This document shows, piece after piece, positions 9,991-20,688 of a DNA stretch of 64,000 bases. Origin of the DNA: a virus. How positions within the stretch are numbered: position 1 is the stretch's first letter; every line of letters starts with the position of its first letter. The translations under genes and the position numbers were made by a program. The DNA lies in the IMG/VR virus record IMGVR_UViG_3300003775_000074; one strand, 5' to 3'. The notes under the pieces were generated by a model. That model was not told where the DNA came from, made no database searches, and saw only the letters and a program-made list of their open reading frames with translations.

Positions 9991-10428
9991 ATGGCCACCA
10001 TCAATCCCCCGGATCTGACGGCCCTTGCCGGTATCCCGTCCCAGGGCAGCGACGTCATCAACGCCACCCCGGAAGGGTTCATCACCGGCGATATCCCTGC
10101 CGTCGTGACCGAGGACATGACCTTCGCCGCGAGCCAGAACATCCCGGCCCGCACGCCGGTCGGCCTGGACGGCTCGGGCGATCTCATCCCGGCTGTGCTC
10201 GGCACCACCCCGGCCATCGGCATGACCGTCATCGCGGTCGTGACGCCGGGCTCCGGTGCCAAGAAGGCTGCCCCGGTCTATCGCTCGGGCACCTTCAACC
10301 CCGCGCTCGTCAACTGGCCGGCGTCCTACGACACCGACGAGAAGAAGCTCGAAGCGTTCCGGGGCGCCCCGACGCCCACGACCATCATCATGCGTCCGGT
10401 GAAGACCGGAACCGTGACCCTCCCGTAA
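9991..10428 (+). CDS. Head decoration protein (gpD-like)
   Basis: Lies between protease and capsid genes; G.FNPA.V.WP motif. Confidence 0.85.
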   Translation: MATINPPDLTALAGIPSQGSDVINATPEGFITGDIPAVVTEDMTFAASQNIPARTPVGLDGSGDLIPAVLGTTPAIGMTVIAVVTPGSGAKKAAPVYRSGTFNPALVNWPASYDTDEKKLEAFRGAPTPTTIIMRPVKTGTVTLP

Positions 10429-10464
10429 CGGCCTCCCTCCGTTCGGCAACCTGAAAGGCAGAAC

Positions 10465-11547
10465 ATGACCATCGAACTGTGGGAAAGCCGGGAGCTGTAT
10501 CAGCTTCTTCGCGACGATCGGCTGGACCCTCTCCCGTCGCACTTCCTCGATACCTATTTCACCGAGGAATATTACTCCGACGACAACAAGATCCGTTTCG
10601 GTCAGTTGCCGCGCGCGAGCCGCGTCCTGGCTCCGTTCGTTCTGCCGACCGAGCAGGGCAAGCCGATCTTCGGCCGCAAGGGTGAGACGATCTCTGAGAT
10701 CACTCCGCCCTATATGAAGCCGAAGGATGCGGTTCGCGCGGAAGACGCCAAAAACGTCCTGCCGAGTGAAGTCTTCCGCAACGGCGGCCAGCGCCCGTCA
10801 CTCGCGGATCGCTTCGAGCGTCGCGTCGTCGAGATCACCGAGTTCCACGTTCGCGCGATCCGCATGCGTGAACTCTGGATGGCCGCGCGAGGCTTCATCG
10901 ACGGCAAGGTGCAGATCGACTACGAGCGCGACCAGGGCGCCGCTCTGCCGTCCGTGCTTCTCGACTTCGGCCGCGACGCCGGTCACACGGTCACGCTGTC
11001 GACCGACTATTGGGACGATCCCGATACGCCGATCCTGACCAACCTCGAAAGCTGGATGCGCACGCAGTATCTGGCCAATCAGGGCGGCTCGGCGGCTCGC
11101 CTCTACGTCGGCGCCAACGTTTCGGGAGTGTTCCGCAACAACCTCCAGGTCAAGGACATGCTCGACACCCGCTATCGCGGTGGCGATGATGTTGCGATCA
11201 ATCGCGGCATCATGCGGACCGAGCAGCCCCTGAACTACATCGGTCGCCTCGACAACAACCTGGAGGTCTACAGCTACAAGGACCAGGTCGAGAACGCGAA
11301 TGGCACGCTGGTCGACATCTTCGATCCGCGCGACATCCTGCTCGTGGCTCCCGGCGCGACCGGCGTCCGCGCCCATGGTGCGATCATGGACGACGAAGCT
11401 CTGGCCAACGGCCTCAGCGCCACCGACATCTTCCCGAAGATGTGGCGTGAGAAGGACCCCGGCTCGACCTTCATCATGCACCAGTCGGCGAAGCTGCCGA
11501 TCCCGCTCTTCCCGAACCGTACCTTCAAGGCGCGCGTTCTGGCCTGA
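10465..11547 (+). CDS. Major capsid protein, lambda gpE family
   Basis: 360 aa with LAPFV.P..QGK, P.Y.KPK and C-terminal QSA.LP.P...N motifs; strong codon bias. Confidence 0.95.
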   Translation: MTIELWESRELYQLLRDDRLDPLPSHFLDTYFTEEYYSDDNKIRFGQLPRASRVLAPFVLPTEQGKPIFGRKGETISEITPPYMKPKDAVRAEDAKNVLPSEVFRNGGQRPSLADRFERRVVEITEFHVRAIRMRELWMAARGFIDGKVQIDYERDQGAALPSVLLDFGRDAGHTVTLSTDYWDDPDTPILTNLESWMRTQYLANQGGSAARLYVGANVSGVFRNNLQVKDMLDTRYRGGDDVAINRGIMRTEQPLNYIGRLDNNLEVYSYKDQVENANGTLVDIFDPRDILLVAPGATGVRAHGAIMDDEALANGLSATDIFPKMWREKDPGSTFIMHQSAKLPIPLFPNRTFKARVLA

Positions 11548-11558
11548 TCGAGCGGCAT

Positions 11559-11584
11559 TGTAGCGGCGTTCATTTGCCGCTACA
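11559..11584 (+). terminator. Hairpin after major capsid gene
   Basis: TGTAGCGGC-gttcattt-GCCGCTACA, immediately followed by the palindrome at 11586. Confidence 0.65.
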
Positions 11585-11625
11585 TTCCACATAGTGTTGA
11601 ATTTTCAAACCCTGAAAGGTGCTTC

Positions 11626-11991
11626 ATGAGCAAGGTCAAGGCATACGCGATCCATACGATCCATCGGCGCGACGACGCCGGCAAGCCCGTGGTGGTGCCC
11701 GCGTCGGTTCTCAATCAGCCGTCCGTCTTCTCCGTCGACCAGGAGGAATTCGATCGCCTGGAGAAGCTGAACGCGGTTCGGAAGGCCACCAAGGAGGAGA
11801 TCGCCGTTGCGAACGAACAGGCGAAGCGTGCTGGCAATGCCCCCGTGGACGAGCCGCCCGCCGCCGACGATTCCAACGCGGCGAAGACCCCCGCCAAGAT
11901 GCCGGCTTCCGGCGCCCAGGGTGATCCCGCGGGTGCACCGAAGGGCGCGGCCAAGAAGTCCGAAGCGTCGGACGACGGCCTCGGCGTCTGA
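11626..11991 (+). CDS. Small capsid-associated/packaging protein with low-complexity tail ending DDGLGV
   Basis: RBS GAAAGG; gpFI-like position after the capsid gene. Confidence 0.7.
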   Translation: MSKVKAYAIHTIHRRDDAGKPVVVPASVLNQPSVFSVDQEEFDRLEKLNAVRKATKEEIAVANEQAKRAGNAPVDEPPAADDSNAAKTPAKMPASGAQGDPAGAPKGAAKKSEASDDGLGV

Positions 11992-12369
11992 ATGAGCCGC
12001 TTCCGCGACATAAAGCGGCAAGCCCGCCTCGACCTGCACAACGAGTTGCAGGTCGAGGCGTTCTATTTGACGACCCGCGATGCGACGCCTTTGCCCGTGC
12101 TCGTGCGCGTCCACACCGAGTTCAAAGCGCTCGGTGATCAAAAGGGCACCAATTTCCATTCTGCCGAGATGATCGAACGCCAGCCGCAGATCATCTTCCT
12201 TCGCTCCGAGGTTCCCTCACCTGCGCGCAATGCGATCGTGTCGGTCGAGCCTGGCGAGGCTTACCGTCTGAACACCATCAAGCCGGCCGACGACATCACC
12301 GTCACGGCTCTCGTTGTTCCGCTCAACGCTGCCGAAGCATCCGGTCTTCCCGTTCCGGGAGACCCCTGA
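11992..12369 (+). CDS. Head-tail joining protein
   Basis: Position and size match the Chi/lambda neck gene. Confidence 0.7.
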   Translation: MSRFRDIKRQARLDLHNELQVEAFYLTTRDATPLPVLVRVHTEFKALGDQKGTNFHSAEMIERQPQIIFLRSEVPSPARNAIVSVEPGEAYRLNTIKPADDITVTALVVPLNAAEASGLPVPGDP

Positions 12370-12992
12370 TGGCACAGGACGTTTACGCGGTCGCGATCGA
12401 GGGCATTAAGGTTCTCAATTCGCTGGACGAACTGCCCGCATCGATCGCGAAGGCAGCGCAGATGGCAGTGAATGCCACAACGCGCCGGGCTCGAACGTCA
12501 GCGGCAAGGTCGATGCTTTCTCAGGTGGCTTTTCCCGCCAGCTATCTCACCGGCAGCCGCAGCCGTCTCAACATCACGAAGTTCGCCACGGCCGACGATC
12601 TGGAGGCCAAGATCACGGGCCGCTCTCGACCGACGTCCCTGGCACGCTTCATCGTAGGAACGCCGCGCGTTGGAGGAGGCGCCGCGACCGCGCGAGGCGT
12701 CAATGTCGCCGTCAAGCCGGGACTCGCTCGTCGCCTCACATCGGCCTTCGTGATCAAACTGCGCGCCGGCAACGGTGATGGAGACGGGTTCAATCTCGGT
12801 CTCGCAGTCAGAACGCGAGATGGCCGCAAACCGGCAAGTGCCTATAAGCCGGTCAAACTCGGCAAGAACGTGTGGCTCCTCTACGGACCCTCGGTCGATC
12901 AGGTCTTCAACAAAACCCGTGAAATGATCGCGCCCGACGCTGAGACCTTCATGGAGCGCGAATTCGGCCGCCTAGTGGATCTTCGCCTATGA
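12369..12992 (+). CDS. Neck/minor tail protein (gpZ-like)
   Basis: Basic protein; A..A.NAT.RRART and LYGPSVDQVF motifs. Confidence 0.75.
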   Translation: MAQDVYAVAIEGIKVLNSLDELPASIAKAAQMAVNATTRRARTSAARSMLSQVAFPASYLTGSRSRLNITKFATADDLEAKITGRSRPTSLARFIVGTPRVGGGAATARGVNVAVKPGLARRLTSAFVIKLRAGNGDGDGFNLGLAVRTRDGRKPASAYKPVKLGKNVWLLYGPSVDQVFNKTREMIAPDAETFMEREFGRLVDLRL

Positions 12993-13522
12993 ACACCGAG
13001 CCCTTCCGCCTTCGCGTCCTCATGGCCGTCACAGCAGCCCTGCAGGAGATCACGCCTGCGAACGGTTATGCGCATGATCTGAGCGCCGCAGTCTTCCGAG
13101 GGCGTGATCTCTTTGGCGGCGAGAGCGACCCGTCGACTTTGGTGTCCATTCTCGAACCACCGCTGCCGATCGATCAGCTCATTTCGCCCGAACGCTCGAC
13201 AGGTTCCAAGGGTGATTGGGACTTGCTTATTCAGGGCTTCGTCCCGGATGATGCTGATAATCCGACCGATCCGGCCCATCGCCTCATGGCGGATGTCAAG
13301 AAGCGGCTCGCCGTGGAGAAAAAGCGAAATCTCCCCGGTACTGCCGGAACGCCCGATCCGTTTGGTATGGGTTACAATGACGGAAAGGGAAACGTCATCT
13401 CGACGTTGGTAATCGGTCCAGGTGTCGTGCGCCCGCCTGGCGATGGGGTTTCGGACAAGGCGTATTTTTGGCTCGGTGTGACCCTCAAGATTACTGAGGA
13501 CATTGCCGATCCTTTCGTGTAA
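12989..13522 (+). CDS. Tail terminator protein
   Basis: L.EIT.ANGY..DL...VFRGR motif directly before the tail tube gene. Confidence 0.75.
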   Translation: MNTEPFRLRVLMAVTAALQEITPANGYAHDLSAAVFRGRDLFGGESDPSTLVSILEPPLPIDQLISPERSTGSKGDWDLLIQGFVPDDADNPTDPAHRLMADVKKRLAVEKKRNLPGTAGTPDPFGMGYNDGKGNVISTLVIGPGVVRPPGDGVSDKAYFWLGVTLKITEDIADPFV

Positions 13523-13567
13523 ATCCAAATTCAACATTATGTTGTTGAATCAACGCAGGAGCGAGAA

Positions 13568-14371
13568 ATGGCATCACGTAATTACACGGTGGGGCGCGGC
13601 GAGGTGCACTTCGCTCCCTTCGTCCCCGGCACGCAGACCCATCGCGGTTTCCGTTATATCGGCAACACGCCCGAATTCAGCCTGACGCTGGAGTCGGAAA
13701 AGCTCGATCACTACAACTCCGACCGCGGCATCCGCGAGAAGGACGCCAGTGTGACGATCGAGGTGGCGCGCTCGGGCTCCATCATCACCGACGAGATCAG
13801 CCCCGAGAACATCGCCATGTTCCTGTTCGGTGGCGTCGAGAGCGTCACCAAGGCCGGTGGCGCGGTGGTGAGCGAGCATATCGACAACGTCCTGGCCGGA
13901 CATTCCTATCAGCTCGGTGCATCGCCGACCAATCCGATCGGCGCTCGCATGCTGGCCTATCCTGGCACGGGTCCGACGCTGCTCACCGTCAAGGACGACG
14001 CCGGCTCGCCGGTCACTTTCACGGCGGGCACCGACTACGTCATCGATCCGAAGTTCGGTCTGCTCACGGTCATGGACGGCGGCGCGATCGTGGACGGCAA
14101 GAACCTGCGGGTCTCCTATACGGAGCTGGCGTCGACCTACAAGAGCATCCTTTCGGGGTCCGAGCCCGTCAACGGTGCACTCCAGTTCCGCACTCGCAAC
14201 CCCATCGGCGAGCAGTTCAACTGGCTGCTTCCGTGGGTCGCGATCAGCCCGAACGGTGACTACAACCTCAAGGGCGACGAGTGGCAGCAGATTCCGTTCA
14301 GCTTCGAAGTCCTGCGGAAGGACGATCTCGAAGCGATCTACGTGAACGGCGCTCCCTTCACCGCTCCCTGA
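13568..14371 (+). CDS. Major tail tube protein
   Basis: GRG.V.F, RYIGNTPEFSL and LKGDEWQQI.F.FE motifs; RBS AGGAG; followed by chaperone and tape measure genes. Confidence 0.9.
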   Translation: MASRNYTVGRGEVHFAPFVPGTQTHRGFRYIGNTPEFSLTLESEKLDHYNSDRGIREKDASVTIEVARSGSIITDEISPENIAMFLFGGVESVTKAGGAVVSEHIDNVLAGHSYQLGASPTNPIGARMLAYPGTGPTLLTVKDDAGSPVTFTAGTDYVIDPKFGLLTVMDGGAIVDGKNLRVSYTELASTYKSILSGSEPVNGALQFRTRNPIGEQFNWLLPWVAISPNGDYNLKGDEWQQIPFSFEVLRKDDLEAIYVNGAPFTAP

Positions 14372-14421
14372 TCCGAGGCTCAGCCTTCCCAACATAAGCC
14401 CTGAACTATTCGGAAAAGACC

Positions 14422-14859
14422 ATGGCCCTGAAATACACACGTCGCGTCGAGCGGATCGAATTCGGCGAGGATGATTTTCTCGAAGTGCACGGGCTCGGTG
14501 TCCCGGCGATAACCAGTCTCGTGGCCGCTCATCGTGATACTGCCGAACAAATCTTCGGTCGTTTCGCGAACCGCGGTGAAGGTTCGATCACGGCTGAGGA
14601 AGGCGGCGAACTGTTCATGCAGATCGTCGTCACCGTGCCTGCCATCGCTGCTCATGTGATCGCTCTCGGCGCGGATGCTGAGAACCATATCGACGAGATC
14701 AAGCACCTTCCGGCCGACGTTCAAGTTGCTGCCATCGAGAAGATCGCCGAACTGACGTTCGCGATGTCCGGTGGCCTAAAAAACTTCCTGGAGACGGTTC
14801 ATCGCATCAGCGTCGCGACCAACCGTCTCGTCAACGAGGTGAAGACGCTCCGACGCTGA
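14422..14859 (+). CDS. Tail assembly chaperone (gpG-like)
   Basis: Between tube and tape measure genes; slippery site near its 3' end. Confidence 0.85.
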   Translation: MALKYTRRVERIEFGEDDFLEVHGLGVPAITSLVAAHRDTAEQIFGRFANRGEGSITAEEGGELFMQIVVTVPAIAAHVIALGADAENHIDEIKHLPADVQVAAIEKIAELTFAMSGGLKNFLETVHRISVATNRLVNEVKTLRR

Positions 14860-15122
14860 ACTCCTGGCTGTGGGGGTTGCGTCGACAGGTCAGCCTTCTT
14901 CTCGCAAACGGCCACCGAGACGCGCAGGAGTACCCGGTCGGTCTGGTGTTTGAGGAAAGTCAACTTGCTGTTGATCGCATCAACGGAATGTTGGCGACAG
15001 AGGCGACCATCCTTCACGCGGTCATGGCTACGGCTGTGTCCGCATTCGGGAAAAAAGGCAGTGCTCAGAAAGCGAACGCTGCGCTGAGCAAGCTGATCAA
15101 GGATCTTGGTGGCGATGGCTAA
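14778..15122 (+). other. Programmed -1 frameshift (A AAA AAC, 14778-14784) giving a gpGT-like extended chaperone ending at 15122
   Basis: Codons CTA AAA AAC. The -1 frame is open (KLPGDGSS...WLWGLRRQVSLLLANGH...) into the 14877..15122 ORF. Confidence 0.85.
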
Positions 15123-18100
15123 GGATGTCGAACTCGTAATTCGGGCAAAAGACGCCGCCACCAAGGCCATCGATTCCATCAAGGATGCGCTCAAAGATCT
15201 TACCGGCGTCCAAGAGGATGTCGGTAAGAGCGCTTCGAAGACAGACAGTCTTCTCGGCGACCTTGGCCGTCAGCTCGGCGCCCTGGTCAGTGAAGCGAAA
15301 GGCCTTTCGGCTCTCGGCAAGGTTGCCTCCGAAATCGATCGTGCTGGCAAGGCCGTATCGAACCTGGAAGGCGACGTTCGGAAATCCGCTCAGGAATTCG
15401 CCAAGCTCGCTCGCGAATCCGAGATTGCAAAGCGCACCGCTGATCAACTCCGCGGCCAGCTCGACGCCGAGCGGAAGGCTCTCAAGGACAACTCTGCTGA
15501 ACGAAAGGTGGCGTCGGATCAGCTCCGCGCCGCCAACAAGGAAGTCGAGCGCGCCGAGCGTGCGCAGGAGGCTCTTAACCGAGCTATCGAAAAGGCGCCT
15601 GTACAGCGCCAGACGAAGGGTGTTGGCGTCGAAGCCGGTGCCCCACAGACGTCAGCCGTTGCCTCTGCGGGCGTCTTTACGCAAGCCGCGCTGACTGCTG
15701 CGAAGAACGAACAGGCTCAGCTCACGGCGATCGTCGCATCGTTCAATGCTGAGATTCAGCGTTCGAAGCAGGCCATCTCGGATTTCCAGACGCAGATAGG
15801 CGTAGCCGCCGAGCAGGAGCGCAAGCTTTCCCGAGAGACGGAGAAGGCCGCCACCAGCGTTGCCAAGGGTCGAGAAGATCTCTCGAAGAGCCGTTCGGTC
15901 CTTCAGGAAATCTCGACGGTGGCCGATAAGGCCACAACCGTTTTCGGGGACCTCGCAAAAAGTGAGGATAAGATCGCAGAGGCCTCGGCGCGCATGGCAG
16001 CCGAGATTGCCCGCACCAAGGCTCAGATTGACACGCTGAGCGCTGCGAAGCCGGCCACCGCGGTCACGGGCGACAGGCGTGCGGCGCTGGAGTCCCGCCG
16101 CGACTTCCTTGCCGCCCAGGCTGAGGTGAAGCGCCTCGCTGAAGAAATGCGGGCGGCGCAGAGCCCGACCGTCGAGATGGGCGCCGCTCTTGGCCGTGCT
16201 CAGGCGAACGCGAGGCTCGCGGCCCAGGCCTATGATGAAAATCGTGCTGCGACGGCTCGCCTCAAAAACGAGCAAGGCAGTCTGTCGGCGTTCCTGCAAC
16301 GCACCGCCACGGAGCAGCAGAAGTCCGCGAACGCCTTCGTCCAGTCGCAGGCCGCGATGGCGCGGGGCAACCAACAGGTGGCCACGGCAGCAGCGAGCAC
16401 GACCGCCGCGCTGGCTCCGATCGCACCGGCTGCTCGGGCGGCGAGCGACGGACTTCAAAGCGCTTCGGTGGGGGGCAACAATTTTCGTAATGCCCTCACG
16501 TCGATCTATGGCGAAGGACGCCAAACGCTCTCGTTCATGCAGCGCCTTCGTAGTGAGGTGTTGTCGCTCGTTTCGGCTTATATTGGCCTCTACGGGGCCG
16601 CGCAGCAGATCAGCAACATCCTTGGCGCCTTCCGTACCCTGGAAGGCGCTCAGTCGCGCCTGGGCGTGGCTTTCGCAGGCGACACCGGCAAAGTCGGCAA
16701 AGAACTGCAGTTCATCACCGTCCAGGCTCAGCGCCTTGGCGTTTCGTTCGGCGATCTCTCGGACCAGTACAGCAAATTCGCTATTGCAGCCTCAGCCGCC
16801 AATTTCTCAGCGGATGCGACTCGCAAGGTCTTCCTGTCGGTGGCGGAAGCCGGGCGAGTCAACAAGCTCTCGACGGAGCAACTGAACGGCGTCTTCCTGG
16901 CGCTGACTCAGATGATCTCGAAGGGCAAGGTCTCGGCGGAAGAGCTGCGTGGCCAGCTCGGCGAGCGTCTGGCCGGCGCGTTCAACATCTTCGCCGACGC
17001 GGTAGGCGTATCGACCGCTGAACTCGACAAGATGCTCCAGCACGGCGAGGTGATCGCCAATCAGGGCACACTGCTCAAGTTCGCTGACCAACTGGACAAG
17101 CGGTTCGGGCCGCAGCTTACCGAGTCGCTTCGCGGAACGACGGCCGAGCTTGGGCGCTTTCAGGACAACATCTTCCAGGCGCAATTGCGTATCGCGCAAG
17201 GCGGCTTCATCGACGGCTTCACGGACGCGCTGCGGAAACTCAACGAGTATTTCCAGAGCCGGGATGGTCGCGATTTCTTCCTCTCGATCGGCGCCGCACT
17301 TGGGAATTTCGCCACGGCGTTGGCGACCGTTCCGAAATATTTCAACGAGATCGCCACTGCCATTACCATCCTGATCGGGCTCAAGCTCGGAAGCTATCTC
17401 ACGACGGTTGCGACGTCGCTGGTGGCATCCACGCGCTCGATCGCGAGTGCCAATGCCGGCATGTTCACCTGGGCTGGCACCGTCACGGCGGTCAATGGTC
17501 GGTTGGCCGCGCTGAGCGGTACGATCGCCACGACCAGCACCAGTATCGCCGCCCTGACTGCAAGGACCGCGGCTGCAACCTCGGGCTTGTCGATCATCCG
17601 CACTGGACTGCTCGGTTTGCAAGCAGTCACAGGCGTTGTTGCCGGCGCATTCCGGCTGCTCTGGACAGCTATCGGCGGTCTGCCCGGCGTCATCATGACC
17701 GGCGTTGCATTGGCGATCGGCTCTTGGGTGACGAGGATCAGCGACGCCACCTCCGCGCTCGACGAGCACAAGCGCCAGATGGATATCGTCCTCGCCAAGT
17801 ATGACGAGGCCAAGGGGAAGGCAGTCGATTGGGCGGCTGGCGTTCGCGGCGTAACCGTGTCGCAGGCCGAAGACAATCTCGGCAAGCTGGTCGATTCCTA
17901 CAACCAGAAATTCGATCAGCTCAATTCCAAAGCCGCGGCTGTTCGCAACATCCTCTCGGCGTTCAACAATGGCCCTGCGAGCCGGCGCGGCATGGCCGGC
18001 GCTGGTAACCTTGCGGATCTTCAAAAGCTGATCGATGCGCTCGACTCGCTCGGCAAGAAGCAGACTACGATCGAGCAGTTCAAGAAGACGCTCGACGAGG

Positions 18101-20211
18101 TGGCGCGGTCGACGAAGAATGCCAACCTCAAGACGCTGGCTGTCGACCTTCAGAATACGATCACCGCAGCCGATGACAAAGGCGCTTCGTTTGCTGACCT
18201 GGCTGATGCTGTCGGTAAGGCGGAAGCTCGTCTGCGCCTTCTGAAGGGCGAAGCCACCGAGGCCGATAAGGCGCTTCTCGGGCTCAAGTCCTCGGCCGCA
18301 GGATCGTTCGACAAGCAGATCATTGCGGATGCCAAAGCATTCTCGGAAGCGCTGACCGAGATCAACAAGCTCGTGCCCAGCATCTCGGATGAGATGAAGC
18401 GTCTGAGCGAGATCGAGGCTCTAGACAAGCAATATAAATCCGCTCTCAACCTCGCCCGCACCATGGGCCAGGTCAACGCTGCGACCGAGGCCTATAATGC
18501 GGCGCTGAAGGGCATCAACGACAACTACAACAGCCGCGCCATCAACAATGACGTGTCTGGCTCGGGCAACCTCGTCGACAAGATCGTCGGCATCGAGAGC
18601 AGTGGTGATCCGAACGCGAAGAACCCGAAATCGACGGCGACCGGCCTCGGGCAGTTCATTGAAAAGACCTGGATTGATCTGTTCAAGAAATATTTCCCGG
18701 ACAGAGCGGAGTCGATGAGCCGGGAAGCCGTTCTAGAACTGCGCAAGTCCGAGAAGATCTCGCGCGACATGATCGCGCTCTACGCCAAAGAGAACGCCGA
18801 TGTGCTTCAGAGCGCGGGCGTGGCGGTCAACCAGGCCGCGCTTTACCTCGCGCATTTCCTCGGGCCGCAGGGCGCAGTGAAGGTTCTTCAGGCGCCCAAG
18901 GGCACCAAGACCGAAGACGTGCTCGGCGCCGATCAGATCAACGCCAACAAGAGCATTCTGCAGGGAAAGACGACCGAGGAGGTGGTCAAATGGGCTGAGC
19001 GGAAAGTCGGTCTCTCCAAGGAGGAAGTGACCCTCCAGAAGGACGTCGCCGAGCTGCAAAGCAAGCAAGCTGAAAAGGCGAAGACCTACAACGACGATCT
19101 GGAAACTCGTCTCAAGCTGAAGGCCGATGAGAACGCCAATGAGGGGCGCCTTTCTAAGGAAGGGTTCGTCCAGCAGCAGCTTGCCGAAGAGCAGAAGAAG
19201 GCTCGCGCGGCCGAAGTCACTCTCACCGACGAACAGATCCAGCGGATCAAGGAGCTGGCTGCCAAGGAGTGGGAGATCACCAACGCGAAGCGCGAAGGAA
19301 AGACGGCCCAGCAAGAAGCCAATACGGCCACGACCGAGGCGGCGGCTCTCGCTGCCCAGCGCGTGGAATTGCAGAAGCAGTTCAACCTGGCGCAGAAGGG
19401 CGGCGATTCCGACGCGGCAGCAGCCCTTCAGACCCGTCTCACCGAGACGAACGCAAAGCTGCAGGAGGCCATTGAGAAGGCGCGGCAGATGTGGACCGCC
19501 ATCGGTGGCCCCGAGGCTGATGCCGCTCTCGTCAAGCTGGATACGCTTAAGCTCAAGGCTGATGCCTCGACTAACAGCGTCAATCTGCTCGGGCTCAGCT
19601 CGAAGCAGATTGGCGACTTGGCCGGCAGGTTTGCCGATGGCCTGGTTGGAGCCTTCGACGAATTCGCGAAAGCCGTCGCGAACGGTGAGAACGCGCTTCA
19701 GGCGCTCGGCAAGGCCTTCCTGAAATTCGCGGCCGAGTTCCTGCTTGAGATCGCCAAGATGATCCTCAAACAGCAAATCCTCAATATGCTGCAGTCGTTC
19801 AGCAAGGCCTTTAACCTGGGCCTTCCGATCCCTGGCGTCGCCAGCGCTCATACGGGCGGCGTTGTCGGCTCGGGACTGGTCGGCATGGGCAATATGCGTC
19901 GTTCAGTCGACCCCTCGATTTTCGCAGGCGCCATCCGCTATCACACGGGCGGCGTTGCCGGCTTGCGGCCCGACGAGGTGCCGACGATCTTGCGCAAGGG
20001 CGAAGAGGTGTTGACGCAGGACGATCCGCGGCATCGTCAGAATGGCGGCGCAGCCGGTCAGCCATCCAGTGGACCCGCAGCCAGCATCCGTAACATTCTC
20101 GTGCTTGACGAGGAGTCAGCGACGAAGTGGCTCGGTGGCAGCGCGGGCGAACAGGTCACGATTGGGCATATCAAAAACAACTCCGCGACCATCAAGCGAC
20201 TGCTCGGTTAA
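15115..20211 (+). CDS. Tape measure protein with internal lysozyme/transglycosylase-like domain
   Basis: About 1700 aa, helical. Tape-measure domain (QM.SKGKVSAEELRGQLGERL.GA); IESSG..NAKNP.STATGLGQFI..TW and LYLAHFLG lytic motifs near 18570-18960. Confidence 0.95.
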   Translation: MAKDVELVIRAKDAATKAIDSIKDALKDLTGVQEDVGKSASKTDSLLGDLGRQLGALVSEAKGLSALGKVASEIDRAGKAVSNLEGDVRKSAQEFAKLARESEIAKRTADQLRGQLDAERKALKDNSAERKVASDQLRAANKEVERAERAQEALNRAIEKAPVQRQTKGVGVEAGAPQTSAVASAGVFTQAALTAAKNEQAQLTAIVASFNAEIQRSKQAISDFQTQIGVAAEQERKLSRETEKAATSVAKGREDLSKSRSVLQEISTVADKATTVFGDLAKSEDKIAEASARMAAEIARTKAQIDTLSAAKPATAVTGDRRAALESRRDFLAAQAEVKRLAEEMRAAQSPTVEMGAALGRAQANARLAAQAYDENRAATARLKNEQGSLSAFLQRTATEQQKSANAFVQSQAAMARGNQQVATAAASTTAALAPIAPAARAASDGLQSASVGGNNFRNALTSIYGEGRQTLSFMQRLRSEVLSLVSAYIGLYGAAQQISNILGAFRTLEGAQSRLGVAFAGDTGKVGKELQFITVQAQRLGVSFGDLSDQYSKFAIAASAANFSADATRKVFLSVAEAGRVNKLSTEQLNGVFLALTQMISKGKVSAEELRGQLGERLAGAFNIFADAVGVSTAELDKMLQHGEVIANQGTLLKFADQLDKRFGPQLTESLRGTTAELGRFQDNIFQAQLRIAQGGFIDGFTDALRKLNEYFQSRDGRDFFLSIGAALGNFATALATVPKYFNEIATAITILIGLKLGSYLTTVATSLVASTRSIASANAGMFTWAGTVTAVNGRLAALSGTIATTSTSIAALTARTAAATSGLSIIRTGLLGLQAVTGVVAGAFRLLWTAIGGLPGVIMTGVALAIGSWVTRISDATSALDEHKRQMDIVLAKYDEAKGKAVDWAAGVRGVTVSQAEDNLGKLVDSYNQKFDQLNSKAAAVRNILSAFNNGPASRRGMAGAGNLADLQKLIDALDSLGKKQTTIEQFKKTLDEVARSTKNANLKTLAVDLQNTITAADDKGASFADLADAVGKAEARLRLLKGEATEADKALLGLKSSAAGSFDKQIIADAKAFSEALTEINKLVPSISDEMKRLSEIEALDKQYKSALNLARTMGQVNAATEAYNAALKGINDNYNSRAINNDVSGSGNLVDKIVGIESSGDPNAKNPKSTATGLGQFIEKTWIDLFKKYFPDRAESMSREAVLELRKSEKISRDMIALYAKENADVLQSAGVAVNQAALYLAHFLGPQGAVKVLQAPKGTKTEDVLGADQINANKSILQGKTTEEVVKWAERKVGLSKEEVTLQKDVAELQSKQAEKAKTYNDDLETRLKLKADENANEGRLSKEGFVQQQLAEEQKKARAAEVTLTDEQIQRIKELAAKEWEITNAKREGKTAQQEANTATTEAAALAAQRVELQKQFNLAQKGGDSDAAAALQTRLTETNAKLQEAIEKARQMWTAIGGPEADAALVKLDTLKLKADASTNSVNLLGLSSKQIGDLAGRFADGLVGAFDEFAKAVANGENALQALGKAFLKFAAEFLLEIAKMILKQQILNMLQSFSKAFNLGLPIPGVASAHTGGVVGSGLVGMGNMRRSVDPSIFAGAIRYHTGGVAGLRPDEVPTILRKGEEVLTQDDPRHRQNGGAAGQPSSGPAASIRNILVLDEESATKWLGGSAGEQVTIGHIKNNSATIKRLLG

Positions 20212-20271
20212 TCTTGCTTGTTCTCGGCGGTTCAGATATTCAACATAATGTAGAATTAGCGAGGTATTCCA

Positions 20272-20682
20272 ATGACCGTGAAGCTGTCCGATGCAGTTCG
20301 GAACGCCATGCTCGATGCCTATGAGACGGCGATCGGCGCCTCAGCGAAGCTCCTGATCTATACCGGCACTCCGCCAGCCACCCTGGGAGCGGCTGCAACC
20401 GGGACGCTTCTGGCCACGCTGAACCTGCCCGCTGATTGGATGGCGGCTGCCTCGGCGGGCTCCAAGGCGAAACAGGGTGCCTGGCAGGCGACGGCGACGG
20501 GGAGCGGCGATGCGGGCTACTACCGCATTTTGTCGTCCAGCAACGTCGCGCACGAGCAGGGTACGGTGGGCATCGTCGGTGACACCGAAAATCCCGGCGA
20601 TTTGTTGATCAATAACACCAACATTGCGTCAGGTCAGACCATTGTCGTTTCGACGTTCACGAAGAACGCCGGCAACCCCTGA
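20272..20682 (+). CDS. Small virion structural protein
   Basis: RBS GAGG; beta-rich; palindrome directly upstream. Confidence 0.65.
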   Translation: MTVKLSDAVRNAMLDAYETAIGASAKLLIYTGTPPATLGAAATGTLLATLNLPADWMAAASAGSKAKQGAWQATATGSGDAGYYRILSSSNVAHEQGTVGIVGDTENPGDLLINNTNIASGQTIVVSTFTKNAGNP

Positions 20683-20688
20683 TCGACG

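Noticed and set aside
18570-18960. Lytic domain in the tape measure protein as a novelty
   Set aside because: Common in siphovirus tape measure proteins; recorded as a feature only.
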